Shown piece after piece: positions 59,945-64,000 of a stretch of 64,000 nucleotides of DNA. The DNA is from Longimicrobiales bacterium (GTDB lineage: Bacteria > Gemmatimonadota > Gemmatimonadetes > Longimicrobiales > Gaopeijiaceae): assembly GCA_965219445.1 (NCBI GenBank), contig CBDCNQ010000005.1, positions 1,344,001 to 1,408,000 on the forward strand, written 5' to 3'. Position 1 is the first letter of the stretch. Each line of letters opens with the position of its first letter. The translations under genes were made by a program, and so were the position numbers. Under the pieces are notes generated by a model, which made no database searches, had not been told where the DNA came from, and saw nothing but the letters and a program-made list of their open reading frames with translations.

Positions 59945-60679
59945 CTACGACAGCAGGTGCTCCGCCAAGACAAAGCCTACGCTCAGGTCGATCAGAACGT
60001 GGGCGACAATCGGCGGCCACACGCTACCGGTATGTAGGAAGACCGCACCCATTATTACGCCGACCACTCCAGTTCGCACGACTCCCAAAACACCCTGGTA
60101 CGAATGCAGAACCGCGAACGCCGCCGACGTGAGCGCAAGGGCCGCCGCAGCGGACCCGCCCGCCACCATCACCGCGGGAATGGCATACGCCCGATAGGCC
60201 AGCTCCTCCCCGAATCCGGCACAGATCGACAACCCCGCGTACAACGCCCTTTCTCGCCGAGTGACCGGCATCAGTTCGTGTACGAGATGGCTCTCGCCCC
60301 ACCCGCCCCTCTTCCGAAGCACCAGGAAGAACCAGAGCGTTCCTATGCCAAGGGCGAACGTACCTATACCCCAGGACACCGCATACGCGACCCGTCCCGA
60401 CTCGATCCGAACGCCCATCCCCCCCAGGCCCACCAGACTCGATCCAAGCGCGAGGCTCAAAACACCCAGAAAAACAATCGTCACCGCGGACGCTACGTAC
60501 GCCCGAGCCCGCTCCACAGCCAGATCACGAGCCAGATCGACCTGGAAAACAGCAAAGACTGGTAGAAGTTCAATGAGCGCCCCTAGGAACAGCGCGTCCA
60601 GCCACCGGAGCGGCGTACTCGAGAAGAGGACGTACACAACCGCCGCGTATCCGGTCAGCCCAGCGATAGCAACCTTCAC
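59945..60679 (-). CDS. CPBP (CAAX/Abi) family intramembrane metalloprotease
   Basis: EELAYR, FAVLHSYQG, AHVLID. Confidence 0.88.
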   Translation of the reverse strand: MKVAIAGLTGYAAVVYVLFSSTPLRWLDALFLGALIELLPVFAVFQVDLARDLAVERARAYVASAVTIVFLGVLSLALGSSLVGLGGMGVRIESGRVAYAVSWGIGTFALGIGTLWFFLVLRKRGGWGESHLVHELMPVTRRERALYAGLSICAGFGEELAYRAYAIPAVMVAGGSAAAALALTSAAFAVLHSYQGVLGVVRTGVVGVIMGAVFLHTGSVWPPIVAHVLIDLSVGFVLAEHLLS

Positions 60680-60810
60680 TCCACGATCTCCCGCCTCGTT
60701 TCATCAGCCATCAGCCGGGTCAAGCTTCACAACCGGCCCGGTCGTCTCTAGGATTGTTGGAAGACCCATCAGGTGTCCCGATCCGAAGACCGACACACCC
60801 GACAGTGCAT

Positions 60811-61137
60811 ATGAAATCCATTGCGAGAAACCACAAGGCGATCTTCCGCGTCCTGGACTCATTAGAGGCCCCGTACGGCGGTTGGTTTCTGAAGTTGCGC
60901 TTTGAAGCGGGGGATGCCCCTACCATCCGGGAACTAAAGCGTGCCAGCCTGAGGGTATCCTCTCCTGACGGAGCGACCTCATTCGAGGTCAAAGTGCAAG
61001 GGTTCCCGGTTTTCGGAGGACACCCCTCCGACGATCGGCTTCACCGGACCGGTCGCGTGGACATCCATGTAGCACCGCTAGACGAAAGCGGAGGCACGAT
61101 CGGTCCCAACTGGAAGGTGTCGGGGCCGGCTCGATAG
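60811..61137 (+). CDS. Hypothetical protein
   Basis: Clean 108-aa ORF divergent from the CPBP gene. Confidence 0.6.
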   Translation: MKSIARNHKAIFRVLDSLEAPYGGWFLKLRFEAGDAPTIRELKRASLRVSSPDGATSFEVKVQGFPVFGGHPSDDRLHRTGRVDIHVAPLDESGGTIGPNWKVSGPAR

Positions 61138-61185
61138 CAGCCTCGCTCCCCTAACGAAACCAGAGCCGGGTACCTGTGGTACGGC

Positions 61186-61905
61186 TCAGCTACGGTCAGG
61201 GTCCCTGAGGCCGGGCGGGTCCACCTCGAAGGTCTCCAGGAACCATCGGCGATACTCCTCCACGCGCCCCGGATTCTCCTGGAGCCACGCACCGCGCTCC
61301 TCCTCGAATTCATCGGGCCGCGCGGTAAGGATAAAGGCATCCAAATACCCGTTCTCACGCGAAAACAGAAGCTCGTCGAGCGGTCCGTACGGAGGCATAT
61401 CGAACGCAGAACGCCCGTACAGCCAGGCGTCGGAGATGCGGGCAAGAATCGCCCGCTCGAGCTCGTATCCCTCCGCAGCGGCCGCCTCGGGTAGGACTTC
61501 ATCGAGTCGATCCAAGTTGTCCATCAGATGGAAGTGGCCATAGAAGGACACGATGGACCCTGACTCGGGAGCCGAACCGTATACCTGAACTACGGCGGTG
61601 TCACCACGGATAGTCAATGCTTCCCAAGGGTACATCTCCACCGCAGTCCTATCCTCGATGATCAAGAACTCGGGGTCGACGATGATGTTCTCCTGTTGCT
61701 CTCGAACCCAGATGTCGATTTCGGACAAGCGGGCCTCGTCGGCAACGAGTCGGGCGCCGGAGCGAACGACGAGCGGACGTGGTGCCGGCAGAGAATACGA
61801 AGGGGTACAGGCTCCGACAGCGAGCGCACCGGTGATAAGCACCGTTCCCGAAATCTGCAGACGGCGGCGTTTTGTGGCGCCGAACACTGATGATCCGAAG
61901 CTCAT
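61186..61905 (-). CDS. Hypothetical lipoprotein; start uncertain
   Basis: Basic N-terminus, hydrophobic stretch, VGAC lipobox. Confidence 0.7.
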   Translation of the reverse strand: MSFGSSVFGATKRRRLQISGTVLITGALAVGACTPSYSLPAPRPLVVRSGARLVADEARLSEIDIWVREQQENIIVDPEFLIIEDRTAVEMYPWEALTIRGDTAVVQVYGSAPESGSIVSFYGHFHLMDNLDRLDEVLPEAAAAEGYELERAILARISDAWLYGRSAFDMPPYGPLDELLFSRENGYLDAFILTARPDEFEEERGAWLQENPGRVEEYRRWFLETFEVDPPGLRDPDRS

Positions 61906-62017
61906 GAATGAACAACTCCTCGAGCGGTCCTCAAAAATCCTTGACACTCCAACCTCGTGGGGCGGAATTGGGAGACCGTTGCAGAATGGATGTCACGTGA
62001 GAACCGATGGTTAAGAA

Positions 62018-62569
62018 ATGACCGAGGACGAACAGGGGTTCCAAGCCCCCCAAACGATAACGCCTGAGGGCCTGGCTGACGACCTGACTGTCCTGGTTTG
62101 GGAGAGCTTCACCGACTTCATTTCGGAATGGGACGGCTCCTCCACCCTTGCAGAGGGGGGCCTTATCGACGACGAGGGGCAGCCCGACCAGAGGGCTGTG
62201 GAAGAAGCACTCATCTTCTTGATGTGGGCCCATACGCGGGGCGCCCAGCAAGCGTTCGTCGGGCGTGCACCAGCGGACCTCCTCAAGATGGCGCTCGACG
62301 GACTCCACGACGCCGTCCTCGAAGACATGGTGGATAATGGAACGCCGCGGGAGCAATTACCCTATTTCGAAAAGCGTGTTAGCACCCGCTACGCGCAGTA
62401 TCATGCGGTAGCGGCAGTGTCCGACGTCGCACTCGGGGAGGCCGTGGTCCATCATCTGACCGGATCCGCGAGTTCTCCCGAGCCGTTCACCAAGGCCGTG
62501 ACGGAACGCGCCGTGGAAGTAACGGGACCGTTAAGGGATTACCTCGAAGACGTCCAGCTCGTACCGTAG
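62018..62569 (+). CDS. Hypothetical protein
   Basis: Clean acidic 183-aa ORF. Confidence 0.7.
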   Translation: MTEDEQGFQAPQTITPEGLADDLTVLVWESFTDFISEWDGSSTLAEGGLIDDEGQPDQRAVEEALIFLMWAHTRGAQQAFVGRAPADLLKMALDGLHDAVLEDMVDNGTPREQLPYFEKRVSTRYAQYHAVAAVSDVALGEAVVHHLTGSASSPEPFTKAVTERAVEVTGPLRDYLEDVQLVP

Positions 62570-62603
62570 CGTGGCGTCAACAGCGTAATGTCAACTCTGG
62601 GGT

Positions 62604-62903
62604 CTACAACCCCAGGGATGACCGAATCAGCGGAGCAATTCTGTCGGGTGTCCACGGCGGATCGAACGTGAGGTCCACCTCGCAACTGTCCACTCCCTCG
62701 ATCTCGGATATGGCCTCGCGGGCGTCCAACACGATCTGTTCTGCGACCGGACACATCGGTGACGTCAACGACATCACTACGTGCACATCGCCTTCGTCTA
62801 TTTCGATATCGTACACCAATCCGAGCACCACGAGATCCAGGTTCAACTCTGGATCCTTCACGGTTTTCAGGGCGCTCCGAACGTCCCTCTCAGTGACAGG
62901 CAT
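62604..62903 (-). CDS. Metal-sulfur cluster assembly factor (SufT/PaaD, DUF59)
   Basis: VKDPELNLDLVVLGLVY, LTSPMCP, FDPPWT. Confidence 0.9.
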   Translation of the reverse strand: MPVTERDVRSALKTVKDPELNLDLVVLGLVYDIEIDEGDVHVVMSLTSPMCPVAEQIVLDAREAISEIEGVDSCEVDLTFDPPWTPDRIAPLIRSSLGL

Positions 62904-62953
62904 ATCACACGATCCTGGGGTGTAAGGCACTGCATCGGCACTATATTATCTTG

Positions 62954-63578
62954 TTAACGCCGACGCAGGAAGAGAACCGTTGGCTCATCCGAGTTCGACT
63001 CCTGGGCCCCGCCTCCCATGTACTCAAGTCGACTCCGGATGAGCCGGGGGCCTGGCCGATGCTGATGTCGAAGCCATCCACCCTGGGGGGCGTCCGCTGA
63101 ACACGGGCCGTCCGCCCTTTTTCATGAGGCGAGGTGGCGACACCGTGATCCCCACGCTCGACGTTCACGAATCGAATCCCGAGGGCCCTCAGCGCCTGCG
63201 AGAGGATTTTCAGCAGGCGAGGGGCAAGACTGTCGCCGCCCATGAGCCTCTCGAAGTCATCCCTCGACAGGGTCAGCATTCACACTCCCCAACCGCCCTC
63301 GCAGTCGCAGACCGCGGAGCATCGTTCAGGAGAGCCATCTCCCCGAACACGTCCCCGGCCCGGCGCACCGCCAATTTTTCCTCTCCACCTCCGGGAACGG
63401 CCTTCACGATTTCAACCGCTCCCTCCGTCACGAAGAAGAACTTGTCCTCCTCATCCCCTTCGTTGAACAGATGATCACCTGGACCTGCCTTAAGTCCCTT
63501 CATGACCTCCACAAGTGCGTGAAGCTCTTCGTCTGGAAGGCCCTTGAGTAGATTCACCCGGTGCAGGCTCTCGATCAC
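62954..63578 (-). pseudogene. cNMP-binding protein, probably fused to a SpoIIE/PP2C-like domain; frameshifted and internally deleted
   Basis: LFNEGDEED, FGEMALL...PRSATARA. One base is missing at ~63275 (ECEC/LTLSRDDF). After STWEA the sequence joins an out-of-frame tail, AQESNSDEPTVLFLRRR*. Confidence 0.7.
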
Positions 63579-63795
63579 CTCGTTTCTCCTCCATTTTCGG
63601 TGGATCCAAAGTACGCCTCGGTGGAAGTCATGGGAAAGGACGCCGGAAGTGACGGCCTCGCCCAAATGGGTGGGATGTCCATAAATTTCAGAAACGTCGC
63701 CAATCGCCAACCATGTGCCGAGGACAGCACTCGGGAGACGGGACTGCGGAGAACGCGATGAACCAGGTCTCACCAGCCATCACGATCGACACGGG

Positions 63796-64000
63796 ATGAT
63801 CGACGCCGGAGGAGAGCGCTCGGTAATCGAGGCTACCTGTTGGGGTACTCGGGGCTCCATCGCCACTCCCGGCCCACACACGGTCAGATACGGCGGAAAT
63901 ACTCCGTGCCTGGAGGTGCGGATTGGGGACGGGCGCCGCTTCGTCTTCGACGCCGGCACCGGGATCCGCCCCCTTGGCGTGAGCATGATGGGTGAGCCCG
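63796..64000 (+). CDS. MBL-fold metallo-hydrolase, runs off the right edge
   Basis: CWGTRGSIATPG...YGGNTPCLEV...FDAGTGIRPLG. Confidence 0.88.
   Translation, partial: MIDAGGERSVIEATCWGTRGSIATPGPHTVRYGGNTPCLEVRIGDGRRFVFDAGTGIRPLGVSMMGEP

Noticed and set aside
62985..63020. GAGTTCGACTCC...CGCCTCCCA resembling a tRNA/tmRNA T-arm and 3' end
   Set aside because: No acceptor stem, D-arm or anticodon arm can be built. It is better explained as antisense of the deleted gene's tail.
63273..63275. TGA after ECEC as a possible selenocysteine codon
   Set aside because: Domain similarity continues in another frame (LTLSRDDF), so this is a one-base loss and not readthrough.

Overview
High-GC bacterial chromosome segment. 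The gene content and the hypothetical-gene neighbourhoods suggest Gemmatimonadota, which is an inference I could not verify. Housekeeping blocks: a large NAD-glutamate dehydrogenase (cut by the left edge), a YhaO/YhaN (SbcD/SbcC-like) pair, a YejABEF-type peptide ABC transporter, two TolB-like propeller + M28/PDZ peptidase modules, a GMC dehydrogenase pair, queG, queE, a ParC-like type II topoisomerase subunit, an ECF sigma/zinc anti-sigma pair and sufT. Two accessory regions interrupt these. (1) 9.4-13.0 kb is a rearranged remnant of an AlpA-bearing integrative element. It is bounded by a 227-bp inverted repeat, and a ~690-bp inversion splits a Calx-beta/autotransporter gene exactly mid-reading-frame. 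(2) 32.35-41.9 kb is a mosaic island: an intact IS110/IS1111-type element with a long right non-coding end (candidate bridge/seek RNA), IS256 and IS3 elements and remnants, integrase, ArdC and nuclease fragments, and an intact NYN ribonuclease gene. The best candidate for an undescribed system is that NYN cassette. On the minus strand it reads: sigma70-like promoter, a ~60-nt RNA of two UUCG-capped hairpins, a U-tract terminator, then the NYN nuclease. This resembles the layout of RNA-antitoxin toxin modules. Several genes carry clean internal deletions or single-base indels, so genome decay or assembly error must be considered. I found no rRNA, convincing tRNA or CRISPR array.
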